From positions 310,001 through 374,000 of the forward strand of contig JAQGDQ010000068.1 in assembly GCA_030141605.1 (NCBI GenBank): 64,000 nucleotides of DNA. Direction: 5' to 3'. The DNA comes from Tubiluchus corallicola (lineage: Eukaryota; Animalia; Priapulida). The notes under the pieces were generated by a model. It had not been told where the DNA came from. It saw only the letters and a program-made list of their open reading frames with translations, and searched no databases. A program made the translations under genes and the position numbers. Numbering within the stretch: position 1 is the first letter of the stretch; each line of letters opens with the position of its first letter. This document shows positions 41,048 to 56,149 of this stretch, piece by piece.

Positions 41048-43299
41048 GTCTAGAGGCGGGGAGCCATCTCTAAAAATGGTAGAATAAGAACTGCCATTGA
41101 AGTAACTTAGAGGGTGGAAATGTGGGATTACTTTTAGTTGTGACTTCTGATTGTTTTTTTAATGATTTTCAAACTTTAAAAACAATAAAATTGTTTCTTC
41201 TTGTAGTCGAATTTAATTAAGGGTTTTGTTATGGACATGCTTACTAAAATTACATTTTGGTTATTAATTTTAATCTTTTCATTCATATGAAAGAAAATTG
41301 TTACTGGAAGATTTTAAATTATAGCTCTTTCGATATCATTATTACTATCTGCTTTTAAATTTTTGTCTTTGTGTTTAATTTTTATTGCTTAGCATTATTA
41401 TATTATTTGGGAAAATAAAATGGAATATAAACGGAATTAAATAATCTTTGTCTGCAAAATTCGACTGTTAGAGCGTGCCGAATACGTTTTATCAAATAAC
41501 TTAGCTTAACTGCAAAATAATGATAATAATAATCCAAATGCTGCCATTAACATTATCTATGGTCATTTATAATTAACCCGAAGGAAGTAGCTCAGTAGTC
41601 ACCGTGTGCCCTTGGAGACGAAATTCAGAAGTGCATTCTGGTTAGCAGATAGATACGAGATTCCCGGAAAAGTGTTGTTGTGTACTGCCATCTGCTCTAA
41701 TGTCTCCGACTTCCTGTTGTAAAGAAAGCTGTGAAGGAAACTAATCATAAAGGATTATCCTGGGCAACATTTCAGTACCGCCCTAATGTCACCGACTTTT
41801 TGCTGTAAAGGAAACTGCGAAAAACTCTCGCTAATTCGCAGTTCCAATCGCAAAGGATTATCCTGAGCAAAGTTTCAGTTTGCTGCCGAACAGTAATAGT
41901 TCCATTGGCTAATCCCTTGTTTTAACTTTTGAAACTACAATTAAATTACAAACTAAAATACGTGTGATATTCAGACATGTACAAACTAAAGTTATATGTC
42001 GCTGACCACCTGCGCTCATCGAGCCAGTAGTTTCACGGGACGCAAGCCGGACTGATCAAGAGCCTGATTCTATTCTCCCGATACTTGAAAATAACAGCGA
42101 ACTAGAGATTGGTGTAGGAGCTTGGCGTAACCAATTTTGTAAAACCAGATTTTGTAAAAAATTTGTAAAACCAGATAAAATATGCGGCAGCAATTTTGGC
42201 ATTTATTTCATTAAATCAGATTAATTTGAGGATAAGGATCATTTGGTTGGTTCCGTCCACTCTTTTTGTTTGATTTAATTCCACGTACGTGTATGAATCG
42301 AATATTATTGTCAGGCTTCTCAGTATCTTGGTTTGAAGTTGATAATAAATTACGAATTACTGAAGTATCTGCAAACAGGCTGCGTCCGTCCTGGGCTTAA
42401 TGTGCCCCTGATTGCGAATAGTCACTTGTTCTCCTCAGACAGGCATCGGCTGGATTTTACTATGTTTGTCTTTTTTGTAACACCTTATAGTTTTCATAGC
42501 GTTTGGGGAATCTCAGCCCATTTTCATCGGCTCGTTCAAAGTCAAATGGACACCATCTTATAGAATTCAGATATCTTGCCAGTTTATGTCGTTAGTGATA
42601 TTATACCCTTACTTTAGACTGCATGTGCAGCAAACTAATAATTAAACACTTAATAATTAAACTCTGTGCAGTTTCTTTCTGTGCCATTTTGGTGCTTTCA
42701 TGACATTTGTTATGTAACATATTGATAAACAAATCCCACCACACTATATGAATCTACGCCAATAAAATCCACTCTTGTCTGACACCAGTCTCTCTGACTC
42801 GCAATTGTGTAGAAGAAATTTGCTAACTTATATATATAAACAAATAAGTCTGATGATGACTCATTTTAAAATCCCCTCTACATTACGTTACCTGGAAATA
42901 ATATACCAAAAACCAAGGTCATATTTTTGTTGTCACGTTAAGCCTCCTTGTCTTCTTTACCTGATGGCAGTCAAGTAAATGAAAAGAAGTACATAGTACA
43001 GATGCTGTTGTTTACCAATGAGATGATGAACATTACCAGTGAGTTAGGATGAAAATAGGCTTTTATAACATTCGACATTCATATATGCCGAAATCGGTAA
43101 ATTACAAGCGTAAGATCACGTACGCCATTACCGCAACAGTCCGCGACAATATATATATATTGTATCTCATATCTCATATATATATATATATATATACATA
43201 TATATACATAATTCTAAAATAAATGTAATAGTTAGTGTCACTGAAGCATTGAGAGTAGTGATGTACGACAATTTCAACCATACATGATATACAATAATT

Positions 43300-45360
43300 A
43301 CAAGCGCGTATAATCAATGCAACAGGTGGAAACATTCAAAAACTTTATGGGCAAAAATCGGGTGGAATGATCTCATGGCCCCTTCAGTTTCAGCTGGCAG
43401 TAAAGGGCCAATTTAAAGATCATTTTAAATTTTTTTTAAATCCGGTAAATAATGAATGTATGAGTGATTTTGTAGTCTCTGGAACACCTTATATGCCTGC
43501 TGTAGACTCAGTTACTTCTATTAACGAATATACCGAAGCCTTAAATATATGTAAATCAAACAAAGTTGCTGGTTTAGATTGCAACCCATGAGGAATTTAT
43601 GGATAAAATTATTGTAATTCTATTTGACATTATTTTTAATCATGCTTGTTATCCTGCACATTGGTATTTCTCTAGATTGGTAATTACGTTTAAGAAAGGG
43701 TCTCGTAATACATGAAAGAACTATAGAGGCATTGTTATAATAGATGCACTATGTAAAATGTTTGAATCAATTATGGCAAAGAGATTCGAATTATGGTATA
43801 AGCCAAGACCCGAACAAGCCAAAGCTCAGACCGGCAGTGGTCCATTGATCAAATATTAGCTTTGAACTTTTAAATGAGTATGCAAAAGCGAGGAAAGTCA
43901 AAATGTGGATTCTGTATATAGATATAGATATATATACATATGACAAGGTGTCCAGGTTAATGTTATTAGAACAATTAAAAATGCAGGTTGTGGGCAGAAG
44001 TTCTTGCTTACGATTCGTGCAATGAATAGTTGTACAAAGTTTGCGTTCCTAGCGTTAAACAAGGAGCCCCAATGAGCTATTCTCTGTTCGTTTTTATGTA
44101 GACTGTATGGTGAGAAAAATCAGTTCTTCTGGACCTGATGGCTTTCTTTACACTTTGCATACATTACTATTTATGGACGATACAACAATTCTTGTCACGT
44201 CTAGGGAATCCTGTATTGAGAAATTTAAATTACTTTTAGAATTTTGTGACGAATTCGGTATGCCAGTTAACCAAACAAAATAGAGTTTATGGTTAATTAT
44301 ATCTTAGGGTTAGTTATATGCAGGTTAATTATATGCAGGTTAATACAATCTTACTGGTATTTAGGGTCCCCTATCACGGACGACGGTAAAATGTCTTCCG
44401 TTATGAAAATCCATGTTAAAGACAAATTCAAACATATGCTAAAATACATGCCTTTTATTGAACGTAATTATAACACGTGATTTTGTTTAAGAGAAAGTTG
44501 CAGAGGCTTGCGTAAAAAGTGCCTTGCTATATGGAGTTGAAACATGGTTAACGAGTGAATTTAAAGGTTTAGAATACTATGCAATAATGTCGTGAAAGCT
44601 TTACTCGGGGTGAAATTACAAACACCTAATGAATTATGTTATGCAGAGGCTGTCATGCCAAGGTTAGCAGATAGAATTCTTAAGAGAAGAGCTGACAACG
44701 TGAACACAAAGCTTCGTCCATGGAGCCTTGATAAACCAATAGCTGTAGCGCGGGAGCTTATGAATAACCTGACAAGTAATTCCTCGAATTTTAGAGCATT
44801 CAATCGTTGTTTTGATCATTGTTCAACAAGTAGCCTAGAATGCATAACAAGAGAAAGTCAGACAAAAACCAGATTCGCTACTTGCTTAACGTTAAATCCC
44901 TCCGCACAACAACATGAAATTTATAAATCTACTATTCCAGATGCTCATAGAATGAACTTTAACCGTTTTGTTCTGTGTTCTCACACACGAAAAGTCGAGA
45001 CAGGACGTTGGCATAGGCATAGGCCCCCTATCCCACACGACCTAAGGCTGTGACCCTGTAGTAACACACTGCAAGATGAAGAACACGTCGTTACTATTTG
45101 CGAATTAACAAAAGCGGTGAGAGAAAAATACAACCTAAATTTGAGTAATGTTCTGGAGCTTCTTGATATTGATAATAATATGACCTGCTTAATGTTGCGC
45201 GTTACACGTATCGTTATTGTGAATATATGTGTAATCTTGTCTATCTTAATGACAGTAAAAATACTGCTGCTACTAACAACAATCATTCCAAGCTCCAGTT
45301 ATAACTAACTATTTAATAAACCAATAACATTATAATAACTTTGAACTAATGAACTATGGC
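43300..45360 (+). mobile_element. Decayed non-LTR retrotransposon ORF2 (RT and C-terminal region)
   Basis: Frameshifted motifs in order: 'NKVAGLD', 'FKKG...NYRGI', 'VKQGAPMS', 'LLFMDDT', 'YWYLGS', 'LLYGVETW', 'SHTRKVETGRW...QDEEHVVTIC'. Confidence 0.85.
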
Positions 45361-46474
45361 TTTGAACTAACCAAGTGACCTATATATTTCGAGAGCAAAT
45401 AAACAACACAGTCAAGTCAGACTGGAATACAATCAAGCCATTTTTTAAGCAAATGGATTGACAGAATTTAGAAATTTTCAAAAATCAGGCAATGTGCGCA
45501 TTTCCACAATGACTAATATATACCCATGATATTAAGGCAGCCAAGTTTAGCCTAGGAACATAACAAACATTACTTTTTTATAAAAAAAATGGTTGATAAA
45601 ATGGTAGTCGCGGCATTAACCCCTTAATCTGAAACCATGCAAGTTAGCAATAAATACTTATTTTCAGACAAGCAAACTTAGGCTGAGACTGGCTTGAAAT
45701 TTATGAAGAACAAATTCAAGTTTCTGATGCATTTGGATTTAACAATTTAGTCAAATCTGGTTATCTGTACGTCTTACAATTATTATAACAACACCCGTGT
45801 CCTTCCGACTTCTACCCAAGAACGGAATCATTAATGCGAAATCCACTTGTAGTGTGGATATGATTTGTATCACAATTTAATAATGAAACTTTTGTTAACC
45901 AAAGCCACCAATCGGTAAAAATGTAAGAGATAAAAATACTTACATATGACAAATATCAAGTTGTTGCGCAAGTTTGTTAACACAATGTGTTAATTGCGCT
46001 CGATGCAAGGCCAGGCACGACGTTACTTAACTTCAACCGCTACACAGAAATAGAGGCAAGAATAGATACAATTTAAAAAATCCCACAATCAAGAAAAGGG
46101 TGTTTTCTTTTTCTTGATTTTTTATTTTGGGTCACTAAACACATCTTTGCATTGCACGGTTGAATTTTGAATACATTTGTTTCTTTATTGTATTTTCGTA
46201 CTTTGCAAAAAGTAGTTTTATTTTTAAAATTTTACATTTGTTTTTGATCTTCCTAAACTGCTTTTGATTTTGTCATTGATATAATGCTTGATTCATACTT
46301 GCTCAATCGCTAAAAGTTGGTTTTTAATTAACAAAGAACATAAATGTGGCTTTGAGGTTTTGACTTGTTTGTCGAGAATTAATAGTTCTAAGAACGAATA
46401 ATTACCGGAAAACAGACAGAATCACCAATGAAGGACCCAATATAACCGGTTCAGCAATAACCAGGGGCTATTTA

Positions 46475-46601
46475 CGACGTCACGAGCGTTTAGGTGAAAT
46501 GGATGTTTTCTAGTGAGTTTCTTATTTAAGTCGAAAAGGTGGCCCATGCACATAGAGAGAAGAAACAGAGATCACTCAGTTGCAAGGACCATTCTGAAAG
46601 C
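46475..46601 (+). promoter_or_regulatory. Putative core promoter and non-coding first exon of paralog C
   Basis: CRE-like CGACGTCA at 46475, TATTTAAG near 46523, donor agc|gtaagt at 46601/2 and acceptor tttacag at 48015 upstream of the ATG at 48043. Confidence 0.35.
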
Positions 46602-47180
46602 GTAAGTAAATATACTTTGCCTGCTGTATTTTAAATATCACGAAGCTGTCATAATTGATTTTTAGATATTAATTATTTGGAAATCAGTATATAGATGTGG
46701 GCTTGCATGGTTGCGCGGTCTACAGTTTGTGTATTATATTATTTCCTCTTTGTTATCGATGAAACTTGACCCATGTGATAACATTCAGTGCTCTTATTAT
46801 TTTTTGTTGATATATTAACCGCTAGAAATAACAATAACTTTTGGGTTTAATCATTAATTGTTTTATTTTTTCTTGTGCTTAAGTACGATTTTGGACATTT
46901 AGGTTATACGAAATTACTTAATTAATATTACTTATTAGTAATAAAGAAGAAAACCTTAAAATTACAAAATAGAAAAGTATATAAATTGAGACTGTAGGCG
47001 TCGCGATACTTTTCGAATGGAGTGTCTTAACTTCTCGACTTCGTTAATATCCCAGTATCAAGCCCTGCACCAAAATCAGAAAATTGCGCACTTAGCAGGT
47101 GTTTTTAACCAAACTAATGCGATTATTTATGGGATAGCATGATTGCAGTGGATAATTTATTTATCACGCCGTTATATTAA

Positions 47181-47416
47181 TTAGTCCCTTTTAAGACGCC
47201 AACACCAAAAATAAGGCCACAGTGCGGGCCCATTATTTATATTATACTTAGTAAGATATGCAGGGTCATTAATATTTAATGTAAAGGACTTACTGTGTCC
47301 CTTTAGTCCTTTTTAAGACGCCAACACCAAAAATAAGGCCACAGTGCGGGCCCATTATTTATATTATACTTAGTAAGATATGCAGGCTCGTTAATATTTA
47401 ATGTAAAGGACTTACT
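47181..47416. repeat. 122-bp tandem duplication
   Basis: TTAGTCC.TTTTAAGACGCCAACACCAAAAATAAGGCC...AAAGGACTTACT at 47181 and 47303. Confidence 0.95.
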
Positions 47417-48042
47417 AACAGGTACGCAAGTTTAGCTTAAGTTGTAGAGAACCACAACGTGATAGGTTAATCATAACTTTGATGAATGTGACGCATGCGC
47501 AGAAGCAACTAAGAATGCAGTCGGAAAAAATTAAAATTACTGAGTGACTATCAACAACTTCATCCAAATCTATCATTAGGAGTAGAAGAACTTACGCTGT
47601 CAGGTGCAGATAGAAGTGGGTGGAATACTCTGATAAAAGTTGATACCTCAATGCCTACAATAGGTGGAATGAGATTTTGAAGAAAAGAAAAGAAAAGAAA
47701 AGAGTGACTATAACTGAGCATCAAATTTGTTTTCTGCAGCAGTTTACAGCTGGCATCTTCAATTTGCTCTTTTAAGCAAATTACAAAAAAACTGCACGTA
47801 TTTACTGTCAATCTTGTAGAAAAGCGTTATAATAGTAATAGTATAAAGCGTTTCTAAAATGCTTTTATACAAATTTGTAGGTAAATTCGTACATATATTT
47901 TTATACAATATATAATATACATTTTGTGAATTCAGTTTGTTTTAGAATTTTATCATTGCTAATGCTAGACATGCATCTTTGGCTTATTCCTAACGAATAG
48001 CAAATTCATTTACAGGTATAGAGACACTGACATAAAAAGAAA

Positions 48043-51000
48043 ATGAAGATTTTTAAGACGGCGTTGGCGATTATTTTGATGATTCAACTAACAAGATGTG
48101 CCGTTTTGAGAAAGAAACGTCAGAACGCCCAGAATTTAAAGGACTTACCGCAGAACATACTTGATGGTAGGGCTAAGAAACTGATTTATAAAGGCTAATT
48201 TACTTCCGGGTTTGCGGTAACGCTACGTTTCTTCCGACACCATCCGCATGTACAAAACCAGCGGCAGCACTTTATTGAAAAAAGATACATTTGCTGCCAC
48301 TTTCTACCCACGTTTTATAGCTGCTGTCGCCAGATTAAGAGTGCTAATGGATGATTCGCATGACCATATGTACCTTTACCGCACATACCGCGTGCATGTA
48401 TATGAACCCTAATCCTTTTCTCTAAAAATCTTCTGTGGCTTTACCTAAAGAATTTATGAAAAGGATTATAACTGTTAATTGGTTTAACACTAGTCACAAG
48501 TGTTTGAACTATGCATAAAAATGCAAAACTATAATTAATCTTGGATTTTGATTTATCAGAAAGAATTATCGTTCTATTATATAGTATAGCTTTTATAGGC
48601 TATAAGTCGTCAAATAAAAAAAACTAGAAACATGGATTAATTTTCAGTGTGGAGCCTGAAATAAAATTATCTTGTTAATTAAATATTGTAACTGTTTTCA
48701 TGCTAGGTCTTTCCAGCGCTGGGACAACTTACCTCAAAAATCTTTATGCCGCCGAATACACAGTCCTCAAAGAACAAAAAGACGTTGTACTAGCTGAAGA
48801 GCAGAAGTGTTTAGAAAAGGCAGAACAGGTGAGTGAAGTTTATTAATCTTCAGTGTAAAAAAGTACAAAAATATAAATATTCATGGTAGCAACATATACC
48901 GGAAACTGTATTGTTGTTACAATTGCATCTTATACAATTGACACGATATCGTTTCCTGTGTCTTGGCACGATTGTTTCTATTTTTGTGCCTTTTTGCCAT
49001 GTTGTCGTGAATTTGAATGTCGTGATGATTATGAATGACATGATTTTTAATATTTAAACATTTGATTCTTTGGCGATCAAATTTGTTATTCCATTTTGTA
49101 CTTTTCTGCATCATTTCGGATACACTTTAAAACTGAAAAAGTATTTATGAAAGTTTGTTAAAGTTTTAATTCCTTTTGTTACACAAACATTTATCATCCA
49201 AAATGAAAAGAACGATTTATTTTAACGTCTTGTCGCAATATGTCGATAGCCATAATTGCTATTATTATAGGCGTAGGATACGTACAGGACACAGGAAGTG
49301 CATATGGGCTAAACTTGATTATTATGCGTTTCGAAAGGAAGAATTTAAGGTCTGGATAGCATAAAGTAGTTTATCCATCCTGTGGGGTTACATGACCAAG
49401 GTGTTATAATTTGGCTGTGACTAACTAATAAAGTTTTTTCCGCAGAGAATTTTCAGTAAAGATACGTAAGAGCACGCTAGTACAATACGCCAAAACAATA
49501 TCTCTGTTAGTCGAATCAATCCGACCACAATGAATGTTAGTCAATGAATACATCAATGTTGAAATGAAAAAGCCTTATACTTAACCTTTTATAATACATT
49601 ATATTTTTGGCAGACAGCCTAATACCTATAGCTACAGATGATACTTTTTTCAATTATAATTAATGTGTGAAGGGAATAAATGAATACTGTCCTTGGCATA
49701 TTTAAAGTAAGCCCTACGGCTTTTTTGGCACAAGCTCTTACAAACGACTAAATTTGATATAATCAATATTAGTTTTCCCAGTAACTGGTGAAAACGGCAG
49801 GTCTGACTCTACATTGAGACTAACTTTAGTGCGGACTAAATCTTTGTTTATTTATTTTTTAATTTTATTTATTGACACTAAAATTGTATAAAAGAAAGAA
49901 TCAGCAGACGCAAGCGCACTTATGCTGATGCTAAATAACGTAAAATTACGCACAAAAATTAAACCTCATTAAAAGGCTTCTAATACAATGTAACTGAATA
50001 GGAATTATATACAATATACAACACGTTTTATACAACAATACGGTTCAGAGATAACTAATTACGCCAATGACTATGTTACATGTTTCGGATAAAGTTGCCA
50101 TAAGGCAGTAGGTTAAAGTTAGCTAGTAGATTACTAAAAACTGAGAAACTAGTAGCTAGAACTAGAGTATTCCAAATGTTTACAACTCAGGCAACAAACG
50201 AAAATTTTGAGACGTTTAATCTCGAAAAAGACATAAGCAGTTTTGAAGTTGTGACCACGAGTATACTGGAAAAAATCGTCAAAATTTAAACCGTAATTAA
50301 ACTGACATCGTTGGAACAGCCTATGAGAACAAATATTTCTGGACCTTTACAATGCTGTCAATATGTAACATACAGTGCGGCGAACTACACTGATGAGCAG
50401 TTCTCTAACAAGGGACGCTCATAAACTTTATAAGCAGTCAATAGTGCATTTTTGTTTTTAGTGTACAAACACCGAAAAATCATATTTACCATACGAAATT
50501 CTTTAGAAACTATGGTTTTACAATGTGTCGAGAATTTCAAATCGGATAATAGTATATGACTAAACAACAGATTATATTTTCACGATATCCTGTAAACAAA
50601 TGATCATAGTTGATAGCTTAAATTTTCGTATAAGTTATATCAGACATTAATTTTTTGCTAGTTGAAAGAAGAACTTGAACAAAGAAATTCCGCCAAATTG
50701 GAAAAGGAATGCGTCCCTTGTGTGAAAGAAAAATGTACCGCTTTCAGCATAGATTGTGGTAAGTGCCATGAACTATAGATAAATTTTTGTTTTTTTTTCA
50801 GATGACTCTAGGTCTACTAGAACATTGAAAAGTATCTGTAGTTAGACCGCTGATGTTGTGCCTTTTCTGTCGTGTTAAAGTTTGTAGGATTGATTCAACT
50901 GTTTAAGGACTGATATTAAATCCTTACGTGTTTTCTTATAGCACTAGACAAATTGCCTGTCACTGAACCCACCTGTGATGAATTAGATGCTGCAGCTGAG

Positions 51001-54000
51001 CTTACTAACGAGGAAGAGAAAAATGCTCAATTAGGCTTCCTTTGCGGATTCTACAGATTCGACTGCAAATCTGGTGAGGAGTTCTCAGAAGCTTGCACGC
51101 AGGATGTAGTAACCGCTTGCAAGGCTAGATTGCGATAATGTGGTGAGTTTCAAAATTATGACATCAAGTAACGCCACTTGATAAGGCTTTATTCTTCAGT
51201 TTTGAGACTGTCTTGCTTGCTTAAAACCGTTTTTTCTGTTAATTGGGTAACTGTAAAGGATTTAACTAACAAAGTGCAACTAATTCGTTGAAAAAAACAA
51301 AACGAAACGAGGCTGTATTCATTAGATAAGTTATTCTATAATTTGGAACCTGCAATTTGGAATAATGAGTTCTGGGCTTTCGAAAGAAAGTTCTGGTCAT
51401 TTGAAAAAGATCCTTTAAGGTCCGAGTATTAAATTTATAGGCTTCTATAGCTGTTTGTCTTAATTTACGTAAAACGAGCTTGGGGCATTTCACTGAAAAT
51501 AACAACCTATTGTAATCAGCTTTGTAGTCGTTAAGAACGAAACCTATAGATCTTTCTTGTATTAAAGCCCCGTAATGTGCGTTTTACCTACCAAATGCCA
51601 AATGGGATAACAGTAATGACATGGCGCAATAAAAGTTTGGTATGCACATTTTGGTTTCACGATTTAGGTATCTGGATAGTCTTTTTTAGAACATTTAGTT
51701 GACGACTGATCCTGCTACACACTTCAGTTACTTAGTTATTATACCTCAATTAGTTTGCTGCTCATCTAAGTGCCCAGAAGCTTGATGTCAGGTTTGCAAT
51801 CAACAGTTTCTTCGAATAAATTAAAACTGGTGATATTGGGTTACTAACACCATGGCTTAATATTAATTTGGATTAGTTTTCATGTAATTACTATTTAACC
51901 AATGTGAGATTTTGCAAGATTTCCGAGCTACTGGTTGTAGGCGCAGTTGTGCAGAGGGTGTTGTAATCAGTTTTATAGAATGCTTTTTCTATAAAAAGCA
52001 AAATGTCGTTAAAGAAGATGTTAAACAAAGAGGGACCTGAAATGGAACCTTGTGGGATGCCAAGACTAAGATTACATCAACTGTTAGTAATATCACCGAT
52101 TTTAGCAGTTTGTTGCCGTCCTCGGAGGTAACTAACAAGTAGCTTGGCACTATAACTTCTTCCACGCCATACGCTTTTAGCTTAGCAGTTAGAGCAAGCA
52201 AAGCAAGCTGATTACAAAGGCCAATTGGCATGGCACCTACAATATTTTTCCGATCGAAGGTGAGGTTCCAGTTTTCAACTAGCTTAAGTAAGCACTTTGG
52301 CAGCTGTATTTTCTCAGATATTTTTGAGAAGCGTGTAAGAATACCGATTGGTCTGTAATTGTTTACAACTAGGGGGTTGTCCTTTAACTAGTTGGAATGC
52401 TTCTGCAACTTTCGTGCTGAATCATACCATGTAAATAAATTAATAAACCACATCCGGTTGCAGTAAAACCTAGTGTGTTTTTTGTTTATTTGATCAGTAC
52501 GTCGACATTACGTCCTCTTGTAGATTATACAACGAAAAACATAATATTCACAATTTTGATCTAAGATTGTACATATTATACTTTTGATTATATATTCTTG
52601 AAGAGAACATAATGTCGAAATATTGATCAAATAAACAAAAAAAAAATAAACTAGATTTTACTGCGTCAAGCGTGGTTTATTTTGTTTACATGTTATATAA
52701 TTCGGGTGTTCTTTTTAAAGATAGATTTAGCAATTGCAAGGGCTCGGCAAAGCAACATTGCGTAATGCAGGCATAATCAGTGAGGGCAGACAAAACTTGA
52801 CTAAATTGATCGACTTTTAAGCTACCTGTAGCACTTTTTTATCAAAACAATAGTAACGGCTGCAGGATCATAATTATCATAACAACTGCAAACTCTGCCG
52901 CAGTGATTAGACCTTGTTTATGCTGGGAATGAACAACAGCTTGCTCACATTGTTCCCACATTTTGCAGCAACAGCAAAGTTACCGACCAGCCGGCCCACT
53001 TGCAGTCAAATCGAAGGTCTAGCAAAGTTATCAGAAGAGGAGAGGAAAACAAGAGTAGGAGAACTTTGTATGTATTACATTCGAGAATGTGATCCAAACA
53101 GGGAAGAATTCGCTTCCGAAGAATGCATTGCGCAAGTGAAATCCAAATGTGAAGCCAGGATAAATGAGTGTGGTAAGTGTATTACAATACAATGCAATAC
53201 AATACAATACAATACAATACAATACAACACAACACAATACAATACAATTTAATAAAATACAATACAACTTAATATAATAGAATACAATGCAACATAATAT
53301 AATACAATATACAAAGACAATAAACCATTTTAGTAATACAGTAACACAAGTGAGGATTTTCAAACCCAAGTTTGTTTTAACGGACTTTCGTGAATAAGAC
53401 CAATTATTTAATATCGATATTAGCAAGCGACAAAAAAATTAAATATATAAATAATTTCACATTTTTTCGATATATTTTTTGTTTTACGGCTTTTTAAACT
53501 TTTCATTTATGACTTTTTGTGTTTAATGTGTGATTTCGGGAATAGTGTATACATGTATTACATAGAAAATATCTGTCGATGACGCCATGTCAATTGCTCG
53601 CAAAACAAAGCACGTTAATTTCTATTTCACTCGTCTTGCCAACCCTTAATATTTAAATCCGAAATCTCAACGCAATGTTGCGCTAGAAAACATGATTTCT
53701 CACAAATTCCTAAAAAATTATTTGATGAATAAATGCTCTTCGTCAGCAAAAAGAGTGGCATTTTAGTTCCTGGATGACCAAAATCTGAAAAAGTTCAGAT
53801 ATAATTAATCTGAAGGTGACCAATTTCCATGCCTGTTAATAAAATTAATATATACTTCAGAGAATAATTCACATAGAATTAAGATTTGTGAAATATAAAG
53901 AAACCTTAAATTTAAAGAAAGTTAATATATAGCCTATGTAAGGCCAGCTACATCAAATTTTCAAAGATAAAGTGTTTTTCACTAACTTGAACTTTGTAAA

Positions 54001-56059
54001 ACTAATTAAATTCAAAGAATTTGTTAAAGTGGCCTTTTCTACACTTTGTTTCAGTTCCTGATCCAAGTGGTTTTTGCGGCACCCCTGTTATTGGCGTCAC
54101 CTGCGCTCTGGTAGAAAAGGGCATCGACGAATTGACGGACAAAGTTTTGGAACCAACAGGCGAGTTCTTCGTAAACGCTGCAGGTATTTAATCACCCAAG
54201 TTTATCAGAATTGATTTAATCATTACACTATTATACATTTTATTTCAAGCAAAATGTTCCATATACAAATATTTACATAATAACAGACAAAACTAAGATC
54301 AAATTGACCTAATAAAAATAATTACAAATTCACTAAAATGGCGCTGAAAAACTAATGTAAATTGAAATTTTGGAGATAAAAGTTATTTTCACAATTTGAA
54401 CATATTCAATTTATATACTACATCAGAATTCACAATATTAACAACATACGTGGTATTTGAGAACAGCAGTCTATTTCTAATGTTATATAAAAATTTTCTA
54501 CACATTGTAATAATCGGAGACGAGCTATAATCATATCGTAATTTAAAAAGCTTTCGTGTTCAATTATTATAAGCTATCCGCATAGAGCTTAATGTACCAG
54601 CACTATATTTATTCCATACTCTACTGTAGTAAAAATTAGAACAATAGCTCTTAAACAGCATCTTTTTAACGTCAAAAGAGCAATTTTAGAATTTTCTTAT
54701 TAAAGAATTGACACGTACGCAAAAAAGTTTCATCTAATTCTCAATATTAGCATTATCACTTAAATTAGAGTATATAATGTGTCCAAGATACTTTCCTTGA
54801 TGTTTAATAATTACAATCAAACTCATCTTTGTTAAAGTGGTTTTGGAGTTTGTGAATATGAACGCGTGTTCTTGGAATAGTAAAAGAATTAGAAAACACT
54901 CTTAAAGACTATGTTCAAGATGTTTTCAAGCGAACACCAAACTTTGTCTGAAATACGGAGAAGACCGAGAAGAAAGAAACAATGGTTTTTCAAAAAAACT
55001 TTGTATGAACCAGAATTATCATGTGTACTAATCTTGTTACCACTTTTTCCTATCTTTGCAGAAGATGTAGCAGATTTTTTTACCGACGATTTTGCCAACT
55101 TCTTTGCAAAAGATTTGGTGCGTTTCTTTGAGAAAGATGTCGTGCAATTCTTTGATCAAACGATCGGCGACTTTGTCACTGAGGATATTGGAAAGTTTTT
55201 CACAGAAGATGTCGCTGGTGTGCTGGGTGACATTGGTGACTTCTTCACCGAGGATGTGACAGACTTTTTTACAGAAGACGTAAAGAACGCATTCGAAGAC
55301 ATTGGTGATAAAATTGGAGGTGCATTTGAGGGTATGTTTTTGTTCACTAAAAACTTGTATATCATAATTTCACACAGAGTGACTGCAAAGATTTTGTCAA
55401 GTAATTTTCAATCAATTAGCGATTGTCGGTTGAATCGATGAATGAACAGATTGAGGAATGAATGGACGAACGAACTTTATTGACCTACCGAACTGCAATT
55501 TAATTATTTTTTCAACGTAAGTTCAAGTTAGTAAAAAAAAGATTTTTTCTTTAAAAGTTTGATCTGGGTGGACGTAGGCTATATGTAAACTGTGGTTTCT
55601 TTAAATTGACAAAGCGTAATTCTCTGTGAATTTATTAATCTTACTACATATTAATTTTACTATCCATATTTGGCAAACAGATATAATTACATCAAAATGG
55701 AATTTTTTGCCGACCGTTTACGAACAAACTGTTCATTTTCAAGGCATCTAAAACAAAGAAATTTACCAGAATTTAGAAACAACGTCGAAATAAAATTCAG
55801 CAGTTTGATAGCCAAAAGATATATGCTATAACATTATATATTGTTACAAGTTAAAAGTTTCATACCCATCAAGGTATGTAATCTGTAAGGTAAATTGTTA
55901 AATTATCTATATAATGTTATATCATATATCTTTTGGCTATATAACTACTAAATTGCATTTCGATGTTGTTTCTAAATTTTGGTAAATTTCTTTGTTTTAG
56001 ATGCCATGACAATGAACAGTTTGTTCGAAACTGGTTGGCAACAAATTATTTTGATGTGA

Positions 56060-56149
<90 letters not shown>

